Shown here piece after piece: positions 1 through 8,440 of a stretch of 49,412 nucleotides of DNA. The first letter of the stretch is position 1. Every line of letters begins with the position of its first letter. A program made the position numbers and the translations under genes. The stretch is from assembly GCA_024695865.1 (NCBI GenBank), contig JAILHI010000004.1, positions 1 through 49,412 on the forward strand. The letters run 5' to 3'. The notes below the pieces were generated by a model. That model did not search any database and had not been told where the DNA came from. It saw only the letters and a list, made by a program, of their open reading frames with translations. The stretch comes from Candidatus Gastranaerophilales bacterium (GTDB lineage: Bacteria; Cyanobacteriota; Vampirovibrionia; Gastranaerophilales; Gastranaerophilaceae).

Positions 1-16
1 ATAGGAAGGAGTAGTT

Positions 17-370
17 ATGTCTACATTTGAAAATATAGGTAACTATGAAATTGAAAAATCACAATATACTTTAGAAGTTGGTAAAGTTTTTGTAGAAGAA
101 TTTCAAAAGCAAGTTAACGATACAACCCCGATTAATATTACAGTTTCTTCAATAGATGCTTTTAGATCTGCCATATATAATATAGCAAAATTTCCCAAAG
201 GGGGAGGTTATACAGCTATTAAAATTGGTTTTACAGGTTTTGTTGCGTTACCATTTACCGCAATAGATATATTTATGAGTATTTCTGAAGAGGGTGTTCT
301 TCAAGCTGTAGTTACGGGAATAGGAACAACAGTAAGTAGGGTGCAAAAAGGAACGTTTGCACCAACTTAA
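17..370 (+). CDS. hypothetical small protein (117 aa); C-terminal 10 codons are encoded by a REP palindrome
   Basis: Intact ORF with GGAAGGAG Shine-Dalgarno 6 nt upstream of ATG. I recognise no conserved motif. The 3' end overlaps the REP at 336-365, so the C-terminus '...RVQKGTFAPT' is REP-derived. Confidence 0.4.
   Translation: MSTFENIGNYEIEKSQYTLEVGKVFVEEFQKQVNDTTPINITVSSIDAFRSAIYNIAKFPKGGGYTAIKIGFTGFVALPFTAIDIFMSISEEGVLQAVVTGIGTTVSRVQKGTFAPT
336..365. repeat. REP palindromic repeat copy (GTAGGGTGCAAAAAGGAACGTTTGCACCAA), adjacent to the RAYT gene
   Basis: GGTGCAAA...TTTGCACC is an 8-bp inverted repeat around an 8-nt loop. Near-identical copies lie at 39369-39398, 42342-42372, 42387-42418 (inverted) and 42775-42802; half copies lie at 1014-1025 and 1286-1296. 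Confidence 0.8.
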
Positions 371-406
371 ATCATTCCATATTCATTTTTATTGTACAAA
401 ATTAAC

Positions 407-958
407 TTATTCAAATTCTAATTGTGTTATTTCGTTTTTATCCTCAAAATTACACCAATCTGCATCATAATATCCCATTTTGACAAATTTATTAAAACTT
501 GAATACTTCCAATCCTTTGCCTGTTCTGTATAACCGTGCTTTATCGGGTTATAATGAATGTAATCCAAATGTTTATGCAAATCTTTTTCATCTCGGATTG
601 TATGTTCCCAATATCTTCTCTGCCAAATACCTTTTTCTTTTCTCTTTATCTTACTTTCGGATAATCGCTCTTTATTTATCTCTGCAATATCTTCGCCAAT
701 TTTTCTCGAAAAATCATTTTTTACCGAATATATTATTTTTGGATATTCGTCGATTTTATCAACTTTTAAAATAACATGAAAATGTTCGTCTAAAACAACA
801 ATGGCAAATATTTCAAATTTATATTTGCTCATTGCATTTTTAAATGCTTCTCTCAATAACTCTATATGTGAAATCAAAATTTTTATACGATATTGCGTTA
901 CTATTGTGAAAAATATGTAATTATTGCCCTCAATAAATAACCTTTTATAATTTGACAT
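407..958 (-). mobile_element. REP-associated tyrosine transposase (RAYT; IS200/IS605-like Y1 HUH transposase), 183 aa
   Basis: The protein has the HUH motif 'DEHFHVIL' and the catalytic-Tyr region 'HLDYIHYNPIKHGY', typical of RAYT/TnpA(REP) proteins. It is flanked by a full REP on one side (336-365) and a half REP on the other (1014-1025). Confidence 0.75.
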
Positions 959-1099
959 GTGAAAAATATATCATAATTTATGGTTTTAACGCAAATTTTA
1001 TGACGATTTTAAATTGGTGCAAACGCTTGCCGTCTTGGATTTTGACGGTTCAAAATCTTTGCATTCCTTTTCGTTTTTACTGTTCGTAAAAACTTCATT

Positions 1100-1330
1100 T
1101 CAGCAGATTGTCTTGTTCCACTCGCAATAAACGGCGTTTCGGGCAAGGCTCATCGCCATCAACCTCTTGCAAAAAACATTCACTGGATGTTTTTTGCTGC
1201 GGCAGAGTAGCCTCTGCTCGTGAAACGCTTTCACAGGGACGGCATTCCCTCGTTTCACTCGGTCAGCCTTGACAAAATCCGCTTTTTGCACCCTACATTT
1301 TCTGACAGATTCCGAAACAAGTTCGGAATT
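1100..1330. repeat. composite repeat fragment: diverged partial copy of the MITE-like family, a half-REP (1286-1296) and the TTCCGAAACAAGTTCGGAA hairpin (1309-1329)
   Basis: Positions 1246-1285 'cctcgtttcactcggtcagccttgacaaaatccgct' match the core of the 26873-27128 / 45776-46000 elements. 'tttttgcaccctac' is a REP half. The hairpin at 1309-1329 recurs at 4351-4371 and 42592-42612. The region is GC-richer than its surroundings. The overlapping ORFs 1100-1351(-) and 1220-1501(+) are judged spurious. Confidence 0.6.
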
Positions 1331-1347
1331 ACGGTGTTGAAAATTTA

Positions 1348-1908
1348 TCAATTATATTTGTTCTGTGCGATTTGTATTCCGTTTTTAAAATATTCCTCAA
1401 CCGCTTCTGCCGAAAACTTTATCGTCGCTTCCAAAAGTTCCTTTTGTTCGTTTGTAAAATTACTCAGAACAAAAACTTCCGATTTCATAAATTGTGGCTG
1501 AGGGCCTATGCCGACTTTCAATCTGTCAAATTTATCGGTTTTTACATACTGAATAACCGATTTAACACCGTTATGTCCGCCGTCTGAACCTTTTGCCCTG
1601 AATCTTACTTTCCCTAAATCAAGAGAAATATCATCATAAATTAAAAACAAATCATCCGATGTCAGTTTAAAATACTCTAAAACAGGTCTTACGGCTTCGC
1701 CCGACAAATTCATAAAGGTTTGGGGTTTGCAGACAACGACACTTTCGCCCTCAATATTTGTCTTTGCAATCTCGGCATTGAATTTTTTTTCAAATTTAAA
1801 AGAAAAATTATATTTTCGTGACAATTCGTCTGCTACCATAAAGCCGATATTGTGTCTTGTGTTCGCATATTTTTCACTCGGGTTTCCTAAAGCCGTTATC
1901 AGTTTCAT
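1348..1908 (-). CDS. pth: peptidyl-tRNA hydrolase
   Basis: N-terminal 'MKLITALGNPSEKYANTRHNIGFMVADEL' and the 'GGHNGVKS' motif are canonical for Pth. Length is 186 aa. Confidence 0.9.
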   Translation of the reverse strand: MKLITALGNPSEKYANTRHNIGFMVADELSRKYNFSFKFEKKFNAEIAKTNIEGESVVVCKPQTFMNLSGEAVRPVLEYFKLTSDDLFLIYDDISLDLGKVRFRAKGSDGGHNGVKSVIQYVKTDKFDRLKVGIGPQPQFMKSEVFVLSNFTNEQKELLEATIKFSAEAVEEYFKNGIQIAQNKYN

Positions 1909-2052
1909 ACAAATCTTTCGTTTCTTTTTAACTAAAATCTATTAGCCGTCTTACCCACCGCAAACAGTCGGTTATCAAAATTTTGGGTTGGGGTTAATAA
2001 TTATAATACCCCGAAAAAGATTTACAGCAACTAAATTTTACAGGAGAACAAA

Positions 2053-2637
2053 ATGGTAACAAAAAATAAAGATAAAAATATATCAAAACAGATAAAAAGC
2101 AGCACAAAACTTGCGCAGTTTCTTGAAAAAAATGCACTGCATAAAAAAGATTTTGCCCAAATGGTCGGCGTAACCCTGTCTTACGTTTACAACCTCATTG
2201 ATGATACTATCCCGTTTTCAACAAGAAGCGCAACGCTTGAAAGAATTGCCGTTGTTATGGATATCAAGCCCGAAGAATTTCCCGAATACAGAATACCGCA
2301 GGAGCCGATTTTGATTGATGATACGGTTGAATTTTTAAAGAAAAAACAAAATGATTTGGGCTTTTCAACCGTTCAGTTTTTAAAAGCCTTTCCCCGCAAA
2401 AAACGTATCGAGATTGTCGATATTCTGCGTGGCGCTCTCCCCGTGCCGACGGATTGGAACGAACTTAAACTGATAGCCAACGTTCTGCAAATCCCGAACA
2501 AAGAACTCTATCCCTATTGGGAAAAACGAATGAAAGACGTTTTAAGAACATCAGGTGTCAATCTGCGTGAAAATCAGGAACTCATCGATAAAATGTTTGC
2601 ATGTTCCGAAAAATATCTTATGTCAAAAAACGATTAA
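2053..2637 (+). CDS. XRE-family helix-turn-helix protein with C-terminal extension
   Basis: An HTH_XRE-like segment near residues 15-70 ('LAQFLEKNALHKKDFAQMVGVTLSYVYNLI') is followed by about 120 aa of unknown function. Confidence 0.5.
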   Translation: MVTKNKDKNISKQIKSSTKLAQFLEKNALHKKDFAQMVGVTLSYVYNLIDDTIPFSTRSATLERIAVVMDIKPEEFPEYRIPQEPILIDDTVEFLKKKQNDLGFSTVQFLKAFPRKKRIEIVDILRGALPVPTDWNELKLIANVLQIPNKELYPYWEKRMKDVLRTSGVNLRENQELIDKMFACSEKYLMSKND

Positions 2638-3479
2638 CCTTTGACATCGGTAACCGTAACTTTTATGTCGTACGGCTTTGACAGGAATGTCTTTTCATAA
2701 TCGACTTTAATAACTTCATAGCATCCGCTTCCGTTTGAAGATGCTCTTGAGCCTAAGGCGGGGGCGGATATATGATAAATTCCGTTTTCATCGATAATTA
2801 AATTCTTATAATGAAAATGTCCCGATGCAATCAAAACAATGTTTTTGTATTTTTTAATCAGCGCAAGATACGGCTCTGTATCAAGCGTGTAGTGTGATTC
2901 GTTGTCATTGGGCGGAATAATCGGAAAATGCTGAAAAATAAAAATCATACTTCTTTTTTTGTATTTAAACAGTTTTTCCATTTCCTGCAAAACGTCGGGC
3001 AGATATCTGCCGTGTTTACCCGGCATGACATAAGACGAACCGTCAACAACAAGTCCGTAAGCATCTTTTGATGCCTTAAAATAAAAAGATGTATCTTCTT
3101 TGGGCTGGCGCTTGTTGTATTCATGAATAAACGCCGAAAAATCTTCCTTCGGAACTCCGCTCATCGAATAAGAATCGTGGTTTCCGAAAACAATGTAATA
3201 AGGCTTGTTCAGGTTCTGAACAATATTCATAAAGGATTGCAGACTTTCCATATTCGATTTGTCTATGCAGTCACCGAGAAATACGACAAATTCAATATCG
3301 TTATTCTTGTTGATGGATTCAACGGTAAAAATAAGTTTTTTTTCACTGTCCGTAAACAAAGTCGGGTGTTCGGACGGGATAAGATGTGAGTCTGAAACAA
3401 CGGCAAACTCAACTGATTTTGCCAAAACGGGTGCGACCGTTAAAACTAAAAATAAAAACAGTAGAAAAAACTTTTTCAT
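2634..3479 (-). CDS. secreted calcineurin-like metallophosphoesterase
   Basis: Signal peptide 'MKKFFLLFLFLVLTVAPVLA'. Metallophosphatase motifs are present: 'VVSDSH', 'GDCID', 'GNHD', 'GHFH'. Confidence 0.7.
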   Translation of the reverse strand: MKKFFLLFLFLVLTVAPVLAKSVEFAVVSDSHLIPSEHPTLFTDSEKKLIFTVESINKNNDIEFVVFLGDCIDKSNMESLQSFMNIVQNLNKPYYIVFGNHDSYSMSGVPKEDFSAFIHEYNKRQPKEDTSFYFKASKDAYGLVVDGSSYVMPGKHGRYLPDVLQEMEKLFKYKKRSMIFIFQHFPIIPPNDNESHYTLDTEPYLALIKKYKNIVLIASGHFHYKNLIIDENGIYHISAPALGSRASSNGSGCYEVIKVDYEKTFLSKPYDIKVTVTDVKG

Positions 3480-3730
3480 TAAACTGCACCAACGGAAATT
3501 CTGCTATCAATATACTTTTGTATGTTCAGGGTTTGTTCTAACTCTTCCTGCGAAATAATGTGCATAAGCACAAACAATTTGCCGAGCGGATATTTCTTAA
3601 AACGCTGGGCATCAAGTGCCATAGACAAATGAATAAGGTTGATTTTTCCCGCAGTCAGCAAAATCTCACCGATTTTCTGATGTTCGGTAATATCATTCCA
3701 TTTATCTAAACTGTATAAATCCTTGAACAT
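3479..3730 (-). CDS. standalone MshEN/T2SSE_N-type domain protein (putative c-di-GMP receptor), 83 aa
   Basis: Two tandem copies of the MshEN c-di-GMP-binding motif RLGxxLLxxGxIxxxxLxxALxxQ: 'KIGEILLTAGKINLIHLSMALDAQ' and 'LGKLFVLMHIISQEELEQTLNIQ'. The gene's stop codon overlaps the stop codon of the metallophosphoesterase gene. Confidence 0.55.
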   Translation of the reverse strand: MFKDLYSLDKWNDITEHQKIGEILLTAGKINLIHLSMALDAQRFKKYPLGKLFVLMHIISQEELEQTLNIQKYIDSRISVGAV

Positions 3731-3792
3731 ATTTACATTATAGCAAAAATGTAAAAGATTTACACTAAATTAACAAAACTTTTAAACAAAAA

Positions 3793-4164
3793 TTAAGCAA
3801 TTGCAATCTGATTTAAGATATTTGCTTTGCCGTTAAGCATACCTGCATAGACATTCTGAAGATTGTCCGAGGGAGCAAGACCGTTCATATAGTTTTGTTT
3901 AGCATGTACGGGTGAAACACCTGAAACTTTTGATGCTTCGTTTACTTTTGAGAAAGGATTTAAACCGGAAGCCGATTTAACGTTGTCAATCTGACCGAAA
4001 ATGCTCGAATTGAAATCTACGGGAGCGGATTTTTGGTTATTTCTTTGATTTTGACCGCCAAAAATGCTTACGGAATTGGAGGGCTGGAACGCACCTGCGG
4101 AATGAACGTTCATTCCGAACGGCTTTTGGAAAGAGTTTATGGAGTTAATTGCGTTTATTCCCAT
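3793..4164 (-). CDS. hypothetical N/S/G/Q-rich small protein (123 aa)
   Basis: ORF with low-complexity composition. I recognise no domain. Confidence 0.35.
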   Translation of the reverse strand: MGINAINSINSFQKPFGMNVHSAGAFQPSNSVSIFGGQNQRNNQKSAPVDFNSSIFGQIDNVKSASGLNPFSKVNEASKVSGVSPVHAKQNYMNGLAPSDNLQNVYAGMLNGKANILNQIAIA

Positions 4165-4315
4165 GCCAATTTTCCTGTTAGTCCTACACTAATATAAAAA
4201 CAAATGTTAAGAATTAATTGCGTAAAAATTCAAAATCTTTACAAACTTAACAAAATGGTTTTGTTATTTGCGTAACTATATATGAATGTTACTGTAAAAT
4301 TTTTTAAAATTGTCA

Positions 4316-4371
4316 CCCTGAACTTGTTTCAGGGTCTTGAAAATAATCAGATTCCGAAACAAGTTCGGAAT
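4316..4371. terminator. two tandem stem-loops downstream of nth (CCCTGAA-CTTGT-TTCAGGG at 4316-4334; ATTCCGAA-ACAAG-TTCGGAAT at 4351-4371); likely terminator and member of a small palindromic repeat family
   Basis: 7-bp and 8-bp perfect stems. The second hairpin is repeated verbatim at 1309-1329 and 42592-42612. It lies between the nth stop codon and the next gene's start. Confidence 0.5.
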
Positions 4372-4387
4372 GATGGTACGGCTGATT

Positions 4388-5050
4388 TTAAGCATTAACT
4401 TGATTTTTGCCCAAATCGCAAAAAGCACATACGGGGCATTTTTCGCAGCAGGGTTTTTGCGGTCTGCAAATGTTCTGCCCTAAGGTTACAAACTCTGTAT
4501 TTAAGTCAATCCAGTATTTTTCGGGGATAATTCTTCTTAATTCCATTTCGGTTTCTTCGGGATTTTTGGTTTTTACAAGTCCGAGTCTGTTAAAAATTCT
4601 GTGAACATGAACATCAACGCATATTGCGGGAAGCCCGAAACCCTTTGCCATAACAAGATTGGCTGTTTTTCTTCCGACACCGTCAAACTTTAACATTTCA
4701 TCAATCGAGGGCGGTACTTCGCCGTTATATTCGTTAACAAGTTCTTCTGATAATTTTATAATCTGTTTTGCTTTGTTGTTATAAAAACCTACAGGGTAAA
4801 TTGCTTTTGAAAGCGCTTCTTCACTGACGTTCATCATTTCCTGCGGTGTTTTGGCAAGTTCAAGCATTCTGACTGTTGCGGGATAGGTTGTCGAGTCGTT
4901 TGTTCTTAACGATAATATGCAGGCAATTAAAACAATATACGGGTTTTTTTGCTGCTCCATAAAGGAAACAAACTGACTTCGTTTGATTTCGGCATCTTTT
5001 AATCGCTTGAAAATTTCATCAATTCTTTTGTTTAATACTGATTTTGGCAT
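4388..5050 (-). CDS. nth: endonuclease III (DNA glycosylase/AP lyase)
   Basis: HhH-GPD fold motifs ('GVGRKTANLV'). C-terminal 4Fe-4S cluster loop 'CRPQKPCCEKCPVCAFC'. Confidence 0.9.
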   Translation of the reverse strand: MPKSVLNKRIDEIFKRLKDAEIKRSQFVSFMEQQKNPYIVLIACILSLRTNDSTTYPATVRMLELAKTPQEMMNVSEEALSKAIYPVGFYNNKAKQIIKLSEELVNEYNGEVPPSIDEMLKFDGVGRKTANLVMAKGFGLPAICVDVHVHRIFNRLGLVKTKNPEETEMELRRIIPEKYWIDLNTEFVTLGQNICRPQKPCCEKCPVCAFCDLGKNQVNA

Positions 5051-5062
5051 AACTGAAACTGA

Positions 5063-7525
5063 TTAATCCTCATCGAGATAATCAATTAACCTTGCCATAT
5101 ACTGTTCAAGATTTGATATTTTGCTTTCGATTGAATCGAGCCTTCTTGCGAGCAAATCTGTTTTTGCGTTGTTTTCATTTGTGTTTACAACCTGCGCCGC
5201 TATAAAATCAAGCATCTTCTTGATTTCGGCATTGTTTTTATCTTCACGTGTGTTTTCTGCAAACGACGGTTTTTCTTCTATAATCTGCGAGGGCAGACCT
5301 TTTTGCTGAAGCAGATTAAGGATAACCTGTATATTTTGCAAAATTTCATTGTTTACGGAAGTATCCGCAGTTATGCCGCTGCTTATGGCAGGTGTTTGGG
5401 CAATGTTGTTAATGAGATACTCTTTGATGTCATTCAGTAATTTCTGTGTTAAAACTTGTTCCGATTCGAGTTTTTCCATTTCGGATTCTTGACGGGCAGT
5501 CAAATACTGCATAAAAGCGTCAATTTTTTGTCCTAAATCGGCTGTGTCCGTATTGCTGTTTTCTGTAAAACTTTCTTGTCCCGAAAGACTTACCGAAATC
5601 TCGTTTTCTTTTTGTTTTTCAGCCATAACGGAAAGAAAATTCTGTATGTTTTCCAAAGCAATCTGCTGTTTTTCCGATACTTCATAAGCCTTTTGAACAC
5701 TGTCATTTTGCTGTTCTTTTAAAACATCAAGTTCAGTTCTTATTGAATTGATTGCGCTTCCTGCAGAATCAATCCATTCCGCAAGATACATAAAAGATTC
5801 CGTAAGTCCCTGACCGAAGCCCGAACTTTTGACGGAGATTGCCCTGACATCGTCGATTTTTTCTTTTAATTCTTCAAGGGTGTAATCTTTTGTTTTGGTT
5901 CCTATGCTGCCGATAATGGATTGCAGGTTAGAAATATTTTCTTTGAGAGTATCGTTTGTTTTATCCGATTCCAAAATCATTTTATTTGTGCGGCTGCTCA
6001 AACTTGCCATATCGTCTGACATTTGGGCAAACATTGTTTTCATATCGGCAAGGTTTTTGGAGTTAACGGTGCTTTCCGTTTCGCTGATTTGAACGGATAA
6101 AGCACGCACCTGCAAGGCAAGAGCATCGGCTTTCTTGTTCCATTCTTTTACAAGTGCAATCTGGGTTGTGATTTCTTCGATTTTTTCCGGTAAGTTTGCT
6201 TCGGAGTCGTATCCTGCCTTGATTGCTTCTACATTTTTTGCAAACTCGTCGAGTTTTTTAACCCATTCGTTAATAAAAGAAAGGTTTTCGTAGATGATAT
6301 CGATTTTATCCGCATTGAGATTAAAATCATCTCTCAAATCGTCAAAATAACCGCCTAAATTATCAAAATTGACGTTTAAATCGTCAAAGTGCTTAATCAT
6401 CTTGTCGGAAGAATCCGCCCATGAATTAAGCATAGACATATTTTCGTAAATGATATCAATTTTGTCGGAACTTTCATTCATTTCATAATCCGACAAATCG
6501 AGAATTATGTTTTTGATTTCTTCTATTTGTTCCGCATGGCGTTCGTCGTCACTCTTTATGTCTTTTAAATATTTACGCAGAACACCCGTTTCACTGTTGG
6601 TGTTTTTTATGCCCGTAATTGCTTCTTCGCAGAGGAATTTGATTTCGTCCTGAATGACAATTTTGCTTAAAACATCTCTTATCTGATTGTGAATATTGTT
6701 TTTAAGTTGGGTTAATTCGCTTTTAAAGGTTTCAACCGCTTCCTTGCTTCTTGCATCAAGTACTGCTGATTTTGCGGTAATATTCTTTACTTCTTCTATT
6801 TGGGAAAGAATATCTTCTTCTGCGGATTGTTTGTTTGCAAGAATTTTTTTGACGTTTTTTTCTGTTTCGTAAATTGACTGTTTATCGATGCTCTTTACGG
6901 TATCGTATAACTCGTTAAAGTCTGCTTTTATTTGTTTTACATCGCTGATAATGTCTGTCAGTATTTTTTCGGCATTGTTTTCGTAGTAGTCCTGAAATTC
7001 GGTGATTTTGTCTTTAATGCTGACAATAATTTGAGCGACTGTTTCGCCTAAATCTTCTGAATTTTTATTTAATCTTTCTTCTATTGCGTTTTGGAAAAAT
7101 GTTAATTCTGATTTTAACTTCTGAAGCGGAAAATCATCAGCCGAAATATCAGCGTTTAAACCGTCAGTGTCGTGTTTTTTGATAAGTTTATCGATTTTCT
7201 TTTCTAAACTTTTTATATAAACATTTATTTGTTCAGCCTGTTCGGAATCATTTGCATAAGTGTCTGATTTTGTAATTGTTTCAAGCGTTTTTGAGGACGA
7301 TGATACAAAATCATGAACGGATTTTGATAAAGACGAATTACCTGTTTCAAGTTTTTCGAGTTTGGAATTAATAGTTTCAAGTTGTTCCTGCAAGTCCTCT
7401 GATTTTACCATGCCTGCAAGTTCTTTTATTTCAGCCTTCAATTCTTCCGAAACTTCTTTGTTTTCGGTAATTTCGTCTATTTTTTTATTGATTTTCTTAA
7501 TTATTTCAGAAGTCTTATTGCTCAT
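5063..7525 (-). CDS. large acidic coiled-coil protein (820 aa) with internal sequence repeats
   Basis: Continuous heptad-like E/K/D-rich sequence with no TM segment or signal peptide. Internal duplication: 'SSDKIDIIYENMSMLNSWADSSDKMIKHFDDLNVNFDNLGGYFDDLRDDF' versus 'NADKIDIIYENLSFINEWVKKLDEF'. Confidence 0.65.
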   Translation of the reverse strand: MSNKTSEIIKKINKKIDEITENKEVSEELKAEIKELAGMVKSEDLQEQLETINSKLEKLETGNSSLSKSVHDFVSSSSKTLETITKSDTYANDSEQAEQINVYIKSLEKKIDKLIKKHDTDGLNADISADDFPLQKLKSELTFFQNAIEERLNKNSEDLGETVAQIIVSIKDKITEFQDYYENNAEKILTDIISDVKQIKADFNELYDTVKSIDKQSIYETEKNVKKILANKQSAEEDILSQIEEVKNITAKSAVLDARSKEAVETFKSELTQLKNNIHNQIRDVLSKIVIQDEIKFLCEEAITGIKNTNSETGVLRKYLKDIKSDDERHAEQIEEIKNIILDLSDYEMNESSDKIDIIYENMSMLNSWADSSDKMIKHFDDLNVNFDNLGGYFDDLRDDFNLNADKIDIIYENLSFINEWVKKLDEFAKNVEAIKAGYDSEANLPEKIEEITTQIALVKEWNKKADALALQVRALSVQISETESTVNSKNLADMKTMFAQMSDDMASLSSRTNKMILESDKTNDTLKENISNLQSIIGSIGTKTKDYTLEELKEKIDDVRAISVKSSGFGQGLTESFMYLAEWIDSAGSAINSIRTELDVLKEQQNDSVQKAYEVSEKQQIALENIQNFLSVMAEKQKENEISVSLSGQESFTENSNTDTADLGQKIDAFMQYLTARQESEMEKLESEQVLTQKLLNDIKEYLINNIAQTPAISSGITADTSVNNEILQNIQVILNLLQQKGLPSQIIEEKPSFAENTREDKNNAEIKKMLDFIAAQVVNTNENNAKTDLLARRLDSIESKISNLEQYMARLIDYLDED

Positions 7526-7691
7526 AATTCGTCAAAAATATCCGCTTTTATGTAGTATTGTATCAAACACAAGCACTCATTGCATTTTTTTTTCGGAAAT
7601 AAAAATTTCAAAAAACGGAAGAAAAGGCTCTGTTTCTTGTAATGAGTGAGTTTTGGGATTTGTGAATTATTACAATATTTTACAAAATAAA

Positions 7692-8312
7692 TTATAAAGT
7701 ATCAATAAATTTTTTAACTGCGGTTAAATCTTTTTTCGTCAGCCATCTCGGAGAATTAACTTCTTCGGAATGGTTTCTTAAAAGGTATGACGGGTGAAAA
7801 ATAACCGTTGCGGGTATTTTGTTAAAGAGTAAATACTTTTTGCCTCTGATTTGGGAAATTTTAATATCGTCCCCCAAAAAGAATTTTGCCGCCGTGGCAC
7901 CGCATAACACGATAAGTTTGGGTCTGACAATATTTATTTGAGCCATAAGATAATTTTCGCAGGCGTTTTTTTCTTCGGGTTTGGGGTCTCTGTTTTCGGG
8001 AGGTCTGCACTTTAACGTGTTACAGATGTATAAGTCCTTTTCTCTGGATATACCGCATTCCTGCATTAATTGATTTAAAAGTTTGCCTGCCCGACCCACA
8101 AATGGTACACCTGTTTCATCTTCTTCCGCTCCGGGTGCTTCACCAATCAGCATAACGGGGGCATTGGCATGCCCATCTGAAAATACGAGATTTGTTCTCT
8201 TTTTCCCGAGTTCGCAGTTTTGGCACTGCATACAAACATTTCTGACTTCAAGTAAAGACAGTTCTTTTAAGGTCGGTGTCAATTCTTTGTCGTTAAAATC
8301 CAAATAATTCAT
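7692..8312 (-). CDS. uracil-DNA glycosylase, family 4
   Basis: Family-4 UDG motifs 'GEAPGAEEDETGVPFVGRAGKLL' and 'HPSYLLR'. Cys ligands at 'CQNCELG' and 'CRPPENRDP'. Confidence 0.85.
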   Translation of the reverse strand: MNYLDFNDKELTPTLKELSLLEVRNVCMQCQNCELGKKRTNLVFSDGHANAPVMLIGEAPGAEEDETGVPFVGRAGKLLNQLMQECGISREKDLYICNTLKCRPPENRDPKPEEKNACENYLMAQINIVRPKLIVLCGATAAKFFLGDDIKISQIRGKKYLLFNKIPATVIFHPSYLLRNHSEEVNSPRWLTKKDLTAVKKFIDTL

Positions 8313-8440
8313 ATAGTAATGTTATCCTTGAACGCTGATATTGTCAAACAATCTTTGTCTGAAACGGAATTTGTAATCAGATACAAATATTTGTATGTTT
8401 ATGATACCATATTATCGGATATATAAGGGGGATATGAAAA

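Noticed and set aside
3793-4164. Possible relationship between the two small N/Q-rich proteins (3793-4164 and 18444-18761) as a secreted or flagellar-type family
   Set aside because: They share only a weak 'M-(G)-I-N-x-I/V-N' start. I can make no convincing alignment or domain call by eye, so I left them as separate hypotheticals.
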